From: Pelomyxa schiedti
Taxonomy: Eukaryota > Protista > Evosea
DNA length: 64,000 nucleotides
Assembly: GCA_020536535.1 (NCBI GenBank)
Contig: JAHLWZ010000423.1
Span: forward strand, 1-64,000
Direction: 5' to 3'
Of this stretch, positions 12,963-24,407 are shown piece after piece (position 1 is the first letter of the stretch; each line of letters opens with the position of its first letter). The position numbers and the translations under genes are program-made. A model generated the notes under the pieces. That model ran no database searches. It was given only the letters and a program-made list of their open reading frames with translations, and had not been told where the DNA came from.

Positions 12963-15154
12963 TCAGTGGCTCTCTGCGGAGGTTGTTGTGCATGTCGAGG
13001 CTGTTGTGGATGTGGGTGTAGTTGTTGTGGAGGAGCCTACGTCTTGTGCACCTACTACTTGTTCAAGGAGGTGAGAGAACTCGGGCTCGATGTTGGTGGC
13101 TGTTGGTGGTGCTGTGGGTGTGGTTGAAGGTGGTGCCTGGGTCAGGTTCACTTTAAGGGTCAGGTTCTTCTTGTTCAACCAGGAGTATCTGTTCCCAACC
13201 GGTGAGTTGTTAGTGTGGGAGAGAATTGTGGTGGGGAGTGTACGAGTTGTCCCAGAACAGTATGATGGAACCTGGAGCGGTTGCTGTATAATGGCCCTTT
13301 ATACCATTTGTTAGAAAGTGATGATGAGCGTGTTGAATGTACCGAAATTGTTTCTGTGTTGGATCTAACAAGTCCCAAGGGGAACACAGAAAGAGTTTTC
13401 TGATGGAAATCAGTTGAGTTGCTATGGTTTTTTACAGTTGTTACACACAGGTGAGTCTGCAGCTGATGCAGCGGGTATTTCAAAAGTGGCACTGAACTTG
13501 ATATCTCTGTCTGTTGTAAACTCCCAAGCTAAGGAGTCTCCAGCCTGCATTGTTACTCTGAAATCATGGTTGGTGCTGACGAGAATGTTCATAGGTTTTC
13601 CACTGTAGACTGTAAGTTTGAAGCTTGTGCTACGAACGGACAAACTTGTTGCAATTGAGAGCATCCAGGGCTTGTTTTGTCAAGAAGAATGGAGAATTTT
13701 GCAAAACTGTCAGAAGAAGGTCTAAGAACGGCTTGTAGGCAGCAAGAAGGTGTTGTAGTGCCTCCACTGCCTTTGGTAGACTTGCAACAGAAATTTGTAT
13801 CCTGAAAACGATACATTAGATGAATGTCTAAAACAAAGTTGAGCGCACATGGCTTCAACAGCTTGTGGAGGAAGAGTTTTGGCGCGTGTTACTACAGTGA
13901 CACAACAGTAAATCAAAGTGAGAAGAACTTTTATCCTTGGTGAAATTAGAAGGAATGGGCATGATGAATGGGGCACAACCTTCTGATGTAGCGAGTTAGC
14001 CAGTATTGGTAAACGCCATAGGTTACGCGGTACTCTTCCATTGGACTGAAGATCCATTACCTTATTGACATGGACATTGAATACACCATACCCCTGCTCG
14101 TCATTCACTGTCTTGATGAAGTCGAACAGACATTGGGGGACACCGCCAATATAGCAAACAAGTGCCTTAAAAACTCCGGACATATTACCCAGATTGACCA
14201 GGGATTGTCGCCTTCATATAGCCTTTTTAGGGAAAAAAAAACTTGTCTAGGAAGTCAACCTAGCCATTTGGTGCTGCCACATCAAGTCATATTTTGCTTG
14301 AATGGAGGGATTTGTTTTTGTCTACTTAAATTTTAGATAAGATACTAGGAAAAAGAACTTACTAATTCCTCCAATTCGTGAGTACAACGATCTTCGGATC
14401 TTTGTCGTGTATAGGCAACGATTGAGGCTCTCCAGTCTTGAGGCATGAAGGTCTTGACTAAACAGAGTGTTAAGTGGAGGCCAGCATTCAAACACTTACT
14501 AAGGGATTCTACGGCTACAACGCAGTCCTTTTGGTATTTCTCGATAGCTGCAAGGGTAGTTTGTGCTGTGGAGGCCACTTGAGAACTTTGGCCCCATTGA
14601 ACAGCTGGATCAAAAGGAACACCAGCTTGTGCAGATCCCGTTTTGAGAATGCCTTCCATTGCTCCCACATTGCGTGAGTTGTACATCTCCATTATTTCTG
14701 TCAGGAAACAATGAACAGGGGAAAGACATGTGTAGGAAATGGATAGATGTACAAACCCTCGAGCATGCATCGGCACTCAAACAGCTGCAAGGAGAAAAAA
14801 AATTAAAAAAAAAAAGTTAGGCGTCTTGAATACATTTGTATCCATTTTATGAGGTGGGTCCATGGCACAAAGCTTTTCGACTCCAGCCAAAACAGCAGTA
14901 GTTCCCGTATTGGCACCATCATGAGTAACCAATGCAGCCTTTTTTTTTTTTAATTTTTTTGTAAAAATAAACCCAAAGAAGAAACCTTAAGTGTCGCAAT
15001 GGTTTCGTCGAGAATTAGGGAGTGCTCCTCGTCGGCAGCATTCGGGAGTCCCTTGACGGGGTATTCTGCCCAACATGAGTTTATTAACAGTAACACAGTA
15101 CGTACTCGTGTAGTAGGCTCGAAGGTATTCTCGGGTTATGGGAGCAAGCTGCAT
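12963..15154 (-). CDS. GOLD-domain protein resembling plant At5g01010, multi-exon
   Basis: Spliced product contains LAPITREYLRAYY, PPHKMD, TFMPQDWR, GVFKALVCYIGGVPQCLFDFIKTVND, GPMEEYR, NSPFF and GOLD motifs LAWEF..DIKF..WDNSYSW. Family assigned from recalled motifs. Confidence 0.8.
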
Positions 15155-15509
15155 TCTCGAGTGGCGTGTGACGAGGTTTTTTTTTTTGATTAAAGGTGCA
15201 AGATTTGACTTCATCACTCAAGAGATACCTTCCACTGGGGCGTAAGTTACCAGTTGCTACTATTTGTCAGCCTAGCAGGAATCAAGGTGGGACAGTTCAA
15301 CTGATGCAGGAGAACCCTTCTGGGTTTTACTCATCAGCTTCAAAGCTTGGCCAGGAGTACACTTACGTAACTGGAAAGGCGATGGAAAAAGTGACACCCG
15401 CAGATCCCCAAAACCCCATCTGGATAAAAACAAACGGCCGTTAAAACGAGATAAATCTGTGAGACAAAACAAAACAAACAAAACAAAAAACTTTTCAACA
15501 CCAAAAGAC

Positions 15510-16798
15510 ATGAAGGCCCTCTTCCTTGCTTGCCTCGTTGCCTGTGCCTGCGCACTTCTCACCCAAGAAGATGTAATCCTTCTCATTCCGCTGCTTACTT
15601 CCCCCACTAACAACACGCGCTAGGTTGACGAAATCAACTCGAAGCAGAAGCTATGGACAGCTTCGCTCGACAGCAAGACCGCACGCATGAGCGAGGAGGA
15701 CTTCAAGCACCTCCTGGGAGTCGTCCCCGGGCCATCTGGCCTCCCCCGCAAGACAATCCGCGACGTTAGTGCTACCCCTGACGCGTGGGACTGGAGCAAC
15801 TCAACTTATCACGGCCTTACTTGCCCTTCATTGTTCGAAATTAGGGACCAGAGCGACTGCGGAAGCTGGTGTGTTCTTAGTTTTTTTTTTTTTGTTGTTT
15901 TTTTAAAGAGAATATACATCTCCTGACACTTACATTATACAGTTGGGCTTTCGGTGCTGTTGAATCAATGTCTGATCGATATTGCATTTCCAGCAAGGGA
16001 GAATCAGTGAGTTTTTTCCTCTTAAGCCCACTAAGTGATTGACTCCGTTTTTTTCAGCCCCTCAGGATCTCTGCTGAGGTAATGAACTCCTGTGCCTCAA
16101 CCTGCGGCAGCTGCAATGGTGGACAACCAGCATGTGCGTTCAAGTACTGGGTCGACAAGGGTCTCCCAACCGAGGAATGCGCTCCCTATTCCCTCCCAAG
16201 TATGCCAACCTATGCTCTTTGTTTCTTTCTTACTCTTTTTCAGGCTGCGATCACCACATTCCAAACTCTCTCAACCCATGCCCCGATGATATGTACAAAA
16301 CCCCCACCTGCCCAACAACATGCACCGTTACTGGACAAACATGGACTATTAACAAGGGGTCCAACTCTTACGAAGTCGCCAACGTTAAGAACAACTATGA
16401 GGGTACAGTTTACAACGCCTTTTTTTGTTTAAATTACTTTTACTTACCGCCACCTATAGCCATGGCAACTGAAATATACACCAACGGACCCTGCGAGACC
16501 GCATTCACAGTCTACGAGGACTTCGAGGTCTACACAGGTGGAATTTATGTACACACCAAGCCATCGCTCCCACTGGGTGGCCATGCCGTGAAGATTGTTG
16601 GCTGGGGTGAGGAGTCTGGCACAAAGTACTGGAAGGTTGCCAACAGCTGGAACACTAACTGGGGTGAGAAGGGATTCTTCAGGGTATGCCATTTTTCCCT
16701 TCTTTCCACTGTACCTGACTTGATGTCTCTAGATCATCCGTGGCCAAAACGAGTGCGGCATTGAGGATGCCATCTACTGCGGAACTCCCCTCCTTTAA
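15510..16798 (+). CDS. CTSB: Cathepsin B-like cysteine protease with signal peptide
   Basis: IRDQSDCGSCWAFG (catalytic Cys, split by an intron), CNGG, occluding loop CDHH, GGHAVKIVGWG, ANSWNTNWGEKGFFR and NECGIE. Confidence 0.95.
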
Positions 16799-16907
16799 AC
16801 CAAGAAGGTTAAAGAGAATCACTTATATTTTTATTCTTGCATTGTGTTGTCCTTCGCGTCGGCCTTGGTTGCTTCTCCATTTTTATGCTCTGTCGGAACA
16901 AGAAAAA

Positions 16908-19900
16908 ATGGAGTGGCGAGAAATTCTTGTCAACCGGTTTTCGGGAAATCAAAAAACCGGTTTGTCGGTTAATCGTGGGATGTGGACACCCCTACCCAAC
17001 GCGTTACCACCCCTTATCAACATCCAGGACGACTATGACGATTACTCGGCCAGTACAGCGAGCAAGTCTCTCGGCTCGCTGCAGCAGTGGCCCCGCCCCA
17101 GGAACCTCAGGAATCCCGAGCCCAACCCGCCCTGGTCGCCAACCCCCTCCCCCCCGTTGGTGGGTGCCTCAGAACGCAGCTCGGGCGTCTCCGCAGAGGC
17201 AGACGCCGAGAAGGAACTCACTCCTGCCCCGCGCGTGGTAGACACCCGCGGCGACCAGGAGATGCGGGACTGGGGGGTGGCCACCACTACTACCACCACT
17301 TCTATTGCCATTGGCGCTGCCCCCAGCGACAACTCGTCGTTGTTTCTGCCGGGGGTGTTAGACCCACCACGGGGCCCGCAGCCTGGGAATGAGGAGCGAG
17401 AGACGGAGGCGCGCAACGGGGGCCCGGGAGGCGGCGTCGACGCTTACGAGAGGCACTACATGGCCACCATGCTGCAGTTCCAGCAGAAGCAGCAGCTGTT
17501 CAAGCAGCAACTTATGGGGTGGCGTAGCAGGCTCTATGAGCATGACAAGCAATGGCAAGACCGCACGCACCGGTACCGCCGAATTCCGCACCACAAGAGC
17601 GATTACGAGAAAAAGCGGGCCTATCTGAACGCACAGGTACAACAGGCTCAGGCGCAGCTTGACAGGCTTCTGTCACAACAGGACCGGCTTTCTAAGTTGA
17701 TGCATCAGAACGATCCTGCCCCTGAACCCTCGCTGTTCCAGGAACGAATGCCTACATCCGGCAATAATCTGCAGTACACCAGCACAGTGCCTACAGTACT
17801 ATTTCCCCAACAAGTGGATGCGGCTACAAATAGGGGTACTGCTGGATCAATGTATAATTATCAACAGCCACAACCGAATCAGCTCTACAACCAATACAAA
17901 CCATCAACACAAAGACAACTTCCTCCAACAGGAATGCCGTTTCGAGGGCAAACTAAAGGTGCATCATTTAACCAACCAAATCAACAGGAAACCCACCAAA
18001 ATTGGCTATCTGTTAATTTGCCATCTCAGCAGCCCCCCTCATCGTATTTGGGTCCTTCTGGCGGCCCTTCAGAAATTAAATACCTCGCCCTAAGTGACGT
18101 TGTTATTCAATCAACCCTAAAGTTAGCTCCCGATGTAATCATGGTGTCTATTACAAATAACCAATTCAAGTGCAGAGATAACGACTCACGTATTCAGGCC
18201 AATAAAATCGTTGAAGCTTTCAATTCCCATCTTGGATTTAATGGTTCTTCTCCTTACGGACGAGCCCACCCTAACTATCCACAGATAGTATAATGGTCCC
18301 TTCGAACTTTTTTGGGTCCGTTGTTCCTGTTGATGAATTTAGGCTAGTTCACAGAAACAGAATACCTGAACTTGTCTCACACTCTGGAATTCCTGTCAGG
18401 AAAATTGTAGTCCCTCATTAGAAAAGTGATCCGTACTTATGTGACTAAAGATTTCATTTGGAGATAGCATTGCAGATATAGGGTATTTCAAGGTTCCTCT
18501 CCCTTTTTCTTTAATGTCTTTTCTCACCATTGGTCAAAAGCAAACAACACCTTTTTTTGGAGCCCATGGAGTTTATGTAATCAATGTTCCTCAAGTAGAG
18601 AGCCAAAAATCCGCTTCTATCTCAACATATTCAGGGGCAGTATGGTTTAGCATGGAGTGGAACGCAGCCCCTTCTTTACGTAAGAAGATGTATAGCCAAT
18701 CCAATTAAACTCTTTTCAAGGGCGAAGGACCCCACGTAGTGCATGACAATAATTTTCGATTTGAAAAGTTGCACCCCGCTTTTTGTCCCTATTTACGGCA
18801 CGGAACAATCCATATTCTCAGAATTCCCAAAGGGTTTATTGTTAAGGTGCAAAAATGTTATACATACTATCATTCATCAAAACTAGGCCTGGCATAGTTC
18901 TGAAGCTGTCTTCCTGGAAGCTCAAGATGAACCTTATGTACTGAATACTACTCTATTTGCTGTTGAATACAAGGACCAAATACGAGAACTTTTTTACAGT
19001 GCTGCTGATAGCATTATCGTTCATGGTTCACTGAAGAGAATTATTCCACGTACTGGTGATGTGGCCATTACATACGATAACGGACATCTTTGTGTGCTTT
19101 CCTCCAAGGATTGTGAGAAAGTGCAGAGTTTCTTTATTTTTTTCCTCTGACCCACTTTTAGCCAATACTTATTACCAGTCCCACGCACACCTTTGATAGC
19201 TTCCTCTCCACTGCCATACAGGTTCGGCTGGGTGTTAATAGTAGTTCTATAACACCTTCATGTTAGACTCTCATTTTCCCAAGTGAGACTACCAAATTCA
19301 CAAGAAGGAGAGACAATCCCCAGGATAAGAACTTTATGTTCGAGGTTTTTCCCTCCCCTTTGGCGCTCTCCAACTGGGCAACAGGTCTTTAGAACAAGTG
19401 ATGGGCTACCAATTGGGGTGAAAGTACTCGTGGTTTTCCAGATATCACAGCCCCAATTGACTCTAACCAAGTTATCGAAAGACCAAATTATACCTCACAT
19501 AGGTGCTAATATTGAGAGGAGGATTAACTCCTGCATTAACATGTTTCTCAGAAAATATAGTCGTGGCGGATCTTGGGACGGCAATTCAATCCCACAGCGT
19601 TTACGACTTCCAGAATTCTGGTCCGAGTATTCCTTCCACTAAAGACTTCTTTAGGAACTTCCAGCTCCAAGTGGCAGAAAAACTTGCCCTCGACCTCTTG
19701 GTAATTCAATTTTTCTGATTTTTTCATTTCATTTTTCTCCTTCTGTTAAAGTTATCTGCTTCAGGAATTTGGGATTAGACTCATACGCATAAATGTAGAG
19801 ACACCTCAGGTTTTAGACTACGACCTTGCTCGCAAAGTTTCGCAGTTTGCGTTGGTGACAAAACAAGCAGAAGCACAGGCATCAGTTTTAGGAAAGCAAC

Positions 19901-20616
19901 TTCTAATCACACAATCTCGTGCTGCAAGTCAAGCAGAGCAGGAGCGAATTGAAGTAATGTCAACATTTCCCTACCAAATCTCACATCTTTACAGCAAGAG
20001 CGTACCAATCAGGTATTTCCTTTTCCCAAATCACAACTCTCCTTCTACCTTCCACGTACTCAAGAACGTCGTCAATGCCGCGAAAGCAGACGCACTGGCG
20101 AAACAACTTGAAGTAGCGGCCGCACTACAGACTACCAAGTTTGAAGCCGAGGCCACCCGGATCAAGTAAATCTTCACTACAAATAACACATACTACATAT
20201 CACGCCGAACAAACCCCCACCAAAACAGAGCTTCTGCCGAGGCAGAAGCGGCGATGGTGCACACAATAGCGAAGGAGAAAGAAGCTCTCCTACTATCTCA
20301 ATTCCCTGTATACTCACACCTGTGTCAAGCTGAGGTTTTCGCGAAGGCACTTCACAAAATCCCTACCATAATTGTGCCCGATAATTCCATCTTTGTTGGC
20401 ACAGCACTCCCCCGTGGGCCCTACCAAGAGGCCGCAATAACAACCACCAACAGTGAAGAGTGGAGGACTGAGGAAGACGCAGCCCAATTTACACAGATTG
20501 AGCGGGTGGTGGAAAGCCTTCTCTGCATGAACTTGGACAGAATTTGCATCCCAGAGGATACGCCTGACCAGTTTCCAACCTTCGACCCACTCACTCTTGT
20601 ACCCAATAGCTTTTAG
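16908..20616 (+). CDS. Vacuolin-like (SPFH/flotillin-related) protein with a long low-complexity N-terminal extension
   Basis: Spliced exons give HGTIHILRIPKG, HGSLKRIIPRTGDVAITYDNG, TLIFPSETTK, FRTSDGLPIGVKVLVVF, HIENIVVADLG, FGIRLIRINVE and an AEA-rich coil. These match recalled Dictyostelium vacuolin motifs. Confidence 0.85.
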
Positions 20617-20654
20617 CTTTTCTATTTCAAAAGCACTTTGAAAAAAAAAAACCG

Positions 20655-21275
20655 ATGAAGGCAAGGCGTGATCGCGACGCTTCGTGCTGTGCTGAATTTC
20701 AGGTTCTTGCGCCGACGTCCCGAGACCAATTTATGGGATTGCTCATGGCGACACATGCCCGCTGTGGAGCCCGGAGCGGTGGTTCCTGCTTGTCAGGCAA
20801 CCCGTACCTGCTCCGGCTATTATGGGACTTGTGTTTTGGCATTGAGAGACGCTTCAGTGTGTATGTGCGCAATTCTCGCAACAGCCCCTACTCCCAGTGT
20901 TTGGAATTTGGCCTGACTCCAACAGTTGCCCTCTCTTGTGTACAAATGAGTCCAACATCCAACTGGCACCCAATGCAATTGGGTTCAGTTGTGCAATGTA
21001 TTACTGTAGAAGCTGTGCCGGTAATGCTGTACCCGAGAGTGCGTTTGGGCTGTTTGAATTGGCACGTGTCTGATGGTTACTTTGATGTGAAGACAAGGAA
21101 AAGTGTTGGTGGTCCTGGTGCGGAGCAGGGGCTTCACTGTTTCTGGAGATTGTCTGTGGGTGGTGTAGTTAACCTGGTAGAGTTCTGCTCTGGCTTGGTT
21201 GTTCTCTCTGTGAAATATAAACCTCCAAGAAGACACATTCTAGAACTTGTTGATGAATATGTGCTATCTATGTGA
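20655..21275 (+). CDS. Hypothetical intronless protein with an N-terminal 'QF..L..HARCG' module
   Basis: 206-aa ORF from ATG; the motif is shared with other genes in the window. Confidence 0.6.
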   Translation: MKARRDRDASCCAEFQVLAPTSRDQFMGLLMATHARCGARSGGSCLSGNPYLLRLLWDLCFGIERRFSVYVRNSRNSPYSQCLEFGLTPTVALSCVQMSPTSNWHPMQLGSVVQCITVEAVPVMLYPRVRLGCLNWHVSDGYFDVKTRKSVGGPGAEQGLHCFWRLSVGGVVNLVEFCSGLVVLSVKYKPPRRHILELVDEYVLSM

Positions 21276-21610
21276 AACAATTGGCTAGAAACCACGGCTA
21301 ACAAGATTGGGACTCACACTTTATATTTTTTTGTATCTTAGGATCTTGCCACTGCGACTTAGACCCAATCAGAGTTCCATGAATCACTCCGCAACAAAGG
21401 ATATCTCGGGGAGCAGGAAGCTCTCGTCATGTTTTGGCTGGTTGCTCTTCGGGGAGGAGCTGGTAAAAAAAAAACCAAATAACTTAAAAAAGCATTTGAT
21501 GCGGCATTGAAGGCGACACCGAAATGGTTCTGTTGAGGAGCGGGACTTTTTTTTGCTTCTTCTTTTGTAGAAGACCAACTAAAGCTCCAACAGTGTGTGA
21601 ATCACCACTA

Positions 21611-24265
21611 ATGTCCCTGCAGCCACACCCACAGCCCCCCCACCACGGGCACCACAGCACCCCCGCAGCAGACCAAATCGCAGCCGGCATCCCAGGCCCC
21701 AGGCCCCGCCCACACGGCGTGTACCCCACCGACGTAGGCACGCCAGCGGCGACCGCCGGGGCCGCGGAAGGGCCCCTCGTCCCCGCCCGCTTCCTTGTCG
21801 ACCAGCACCACCACCACTACGCCGTGCAGTTGGCGGAGGCCGATACCCCCAACGGGCCCCTGTACCCCGCCTACATGATCTCTGGCCGCCGCGCCCGCAA
21901 CCTCGCCGCTGCCGCCGCTGCCGCCGCTGCCGCCGCCGCCGCCGCGGACGACGAAGAAGGGGAAGAAGCACCGCCATCAGCATCAGCAGCCGCAGCCGCT
22001 GCCGAAGCGCCGCCCCCGCCGCCGCTACAAAGAGTGCGCCCGGCAGAGAGCCGCGGGCACGACGCGGAGCTGCGGCAGGGAAGTGATGACAATGACCACG
22101 ACGATGAGGGCGAGTGGCAGGTTACCGACTGGCGTCACATTACTGTGAATGCCTCCGAATCGGAAGGGGCACTACCACCAATAGCCAAAGAGCGTACTTT
22201 TGATGCTCAATCGCAATCGCAATCGCAACCGCAACCACAGTCACAGTTGGCCAGACAGGCACCAACACAAACGCACAATGCACAACCACGGCCAAAGATA
22301 CAACCACAACCTGAATTGCATACAGCGCCAGACGTCACACAACTAGCACTGCAAAATCCAAGTGACACACAGGCACACAATGGACGGTCGCGGCTGGAGT
22401 GTCCTCCTCCATCACGGCTGGAAAATCACCAGCAGAAATTACAACAAACAGGAGATTCACCGCAGTTACCTGGTGTGCCCCCATTAGTTGCTTCTTTGTT
22501 TGATGTAGTGCCACAGGCAGCTTACCACGTGGCACAGACTACATCTCCAGCCAAAACGCCATCTCTAAATTCATCCCTTGCCGTTCAAAGCACCTCTCTC
22601 ATTAGGCCCTTACCAAACCAAATCACCCATTCTATAGATTGTGAACCACAATCCACTTCTGTTACTGACTCCCTGTCCCACGCTATATCCGGGGGCACAG
22701 GCACATTAAGTGCACAAAGCAGCCATATGCTGCTATCTGCCTCGAACTCTACTCACAATGTGTCCGTGAGCTCTGCTCCTCTAAACTGCCCTCCTCCAAC
22801 TAGCTCCACTCTTCCACTTTCCTTTTCATCACAATTGAATATTCCTGCAACTCTTCCACCTTCCAGACACTACACGAATCTCCCTTCGATTCCTTCCACA
22901 AAAAACCAGATCACCTATTCCCAACAACCAACTGACACTTTAACTCTACTTCCCAAGTGCCCTATTCTTCCCTTGACCACAAGCAATCCAACTTCAACTG
23001 TTACATGTAATAATTCACCATCCCTCAGACAGGAATTACCCGGGGGTGATTCAGCAACTCCTCAACCATCGTGTCTACCTATCTCTGAAATTTCACCACC
23101 TAGCAATCTGCTGACTAACCATTCTACAATCAATGAAACTCCTCTTAATAGTCTATCTGCGTATCCCCAGCACCACCCTCCGACTCCCCCAGCACAGGAC
23201 AACCTTAAATTTAACAGTGATTCAATCACTATTACAGAGCAACTACACATAGAACTGCAACCTGAAACGCACACACAACAAATCTGGCAATTACAGCACG
23301 CAAAGCCGTTACAACCACAAAAACCACATTCTCAACAGCCACAGCCACAAACCGTACCCTTAGATCAGTCGAATACTGCAGTTCAAGAAAGAGAAGCTGC
23401 AAACATCAAATCAGCTTCCTACCCTGTTTTCCCAGTCCCTCAAACAGTAGGGGCCAGAGTAGCACCAGACTCACTGACCTACAAATCTCCATCAATGGAA
23501 TCATCATTAATATCCCTCGATGACCATTCCTGTCCCACTCAACAACCTCTGTCCATCGAGCAAAGCGAGTCCTTCATTCTACCCACCTCACAACAAAGCA
23601 CAAACAAAAGCAATTCTGCACTCTGTCCTCAGACCTGTCCAATCAGTTTACCATTGAAGCCAACTGAGGAAAAGCCCTCCCCACCACCGAGACCACAAAA
23701 ACTTGAGGATGATTCTATGTCTCAACCTGTTGGAACCATAGCTTCCAACCATTGCACAGACTCCTCAGCCACCACCAAAACTGACACCGGCGCAACATTG
23801 CATCCACCTTCCCTCGCACATTCAAGCAAGCCCAAGCAAACCTACACTTCCATTCCCATGAAAAATTCAAGTACAAATCAAACCCACACTTCCCATTCAG
23901 CACTACACACTGTGAAGACCTTAGATGCAGGTCCTGTTTCCAAGGCAACCGCAACTTCAGTGTCTGAACAGAAAAGGCCGGAAACAGGGCCGGATCACAA
24001 ACCTGAGGTTGTGTTCCATCCCCCACCCATGTTCCACATCACCCCATGGCCAGTAACAGAGCCCAGAACGAGATATGACCACACAAGCACAACTTATTCT
24101 TACTACCCAACATCAACAATGAGACTGGAGCAACAAGTGGCACAACTGGCCAACCAATTGTCTACATTGGAAATGTGGCTCAGAACTGCCTTTGATCAGC
24201 ACACACTACCACAAATCATGCAGAGGTTGACAAGTATTGAGCAGAAGATGGCTGAACTTGGGTGA
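21611..24265 (+). CDS. Hypothetical Pro/Ser/Thr/Gln-rich disordered protein with a C-terminal coiled coil
   Basis: Uninterrupted ORF of about 880 codons; ends with LEQQVAQLANQLSTLE. Confidence 0.7.
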   Translation: MSLQPHPQPPHHGHHSTPAADQIAAGIPGPRPRPHGVYPTDVGTPAATAGAAEGPLVPARFLVDQHHHHYAVQLAEADTPNGPLYPAYMISGRRARNLAAAAAAAAAAAAAADDEEGEEAPPSASAAAAAAEAPPPPPLQRVRPAESRGHDAELRQGSDDNDHDDEGEWQVTDWRHITVNASESEGALPPIAKERTFDAQSQSQSQPQPQSQLARQAPTQTHNAQPRPKIQPQPELHTAPDVTQLALQNPSDTQAHNGRSRLECPPPSRLENHQQKLQQTGDSPQLPGVPPLVASLFDVVPQAAYHVAQTTSPAKTPSLNSSLAVQSTSLIRPLPNQITHSIDCEPQSTSVTDSLSHAISGGTGTLSAQSSHMLLSASNSTHNVSVSSAPLNCPPPTSSTLPLSFSSQLNIPATLPPSRHYTNLPSIPSTKNQITYSQQPTDTLTLLPKCPILPLTTSNPTSTVTCNNSPSLRQELPGGDSATPQPSCLPISEISPPSNLLTNHSTINETPLNSLSAYPQHHPPTPPAQDNLKFNSDSITITEQLHIELQPETHTQQIWQLQHAKPLQPQKPHSQQPQPQTVPLDQSNTAVQEREAANIKSASYPVFPVPQTVGARVAPDSLTYKSPSMESSLISLDDHSCPTQQPLSIEQSESFILPTSQQSTNKSNSALCPQTCPISLPLKPTEEKPSPPPRPQKLEDDSMSQPVGTIASNHCTDSSATTKTDTGATLHPPSLAHSSKPKQTYTSIPMKNSSTNQTHTSHSALHTVKTLDAGPVSKATATSVSEQKRPETGPDHKPEVVFHPPPMFHITPWPVTEPRTRYDHTSTTYSYYPTSTMRLEQQVAQLANQLSTLEMWLRTAFDQHTLPQIMQRLTSIEQKMAELG

Positions 24266-24407
24266 ATGACATAATCAACGGACTGGACCCTTCATTTTCG
24301 TTCTCTCACCAGGACAGACGGTCTGTGGGTTTTTATGCTGTGGAATGGGATACAAAACGAAGTAAAAACGGAAAAGAGAAGAAAATTTTTCCTTTCCCGG
24401 AACCGTG

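Noticed and set aside
16740-16907. ORF-track N-terminal extension overlapping cathepsin B
   Set aside because: It starts at a non-ATG codon inside the last cathepsin exon; ATG 16908 is more plausible.
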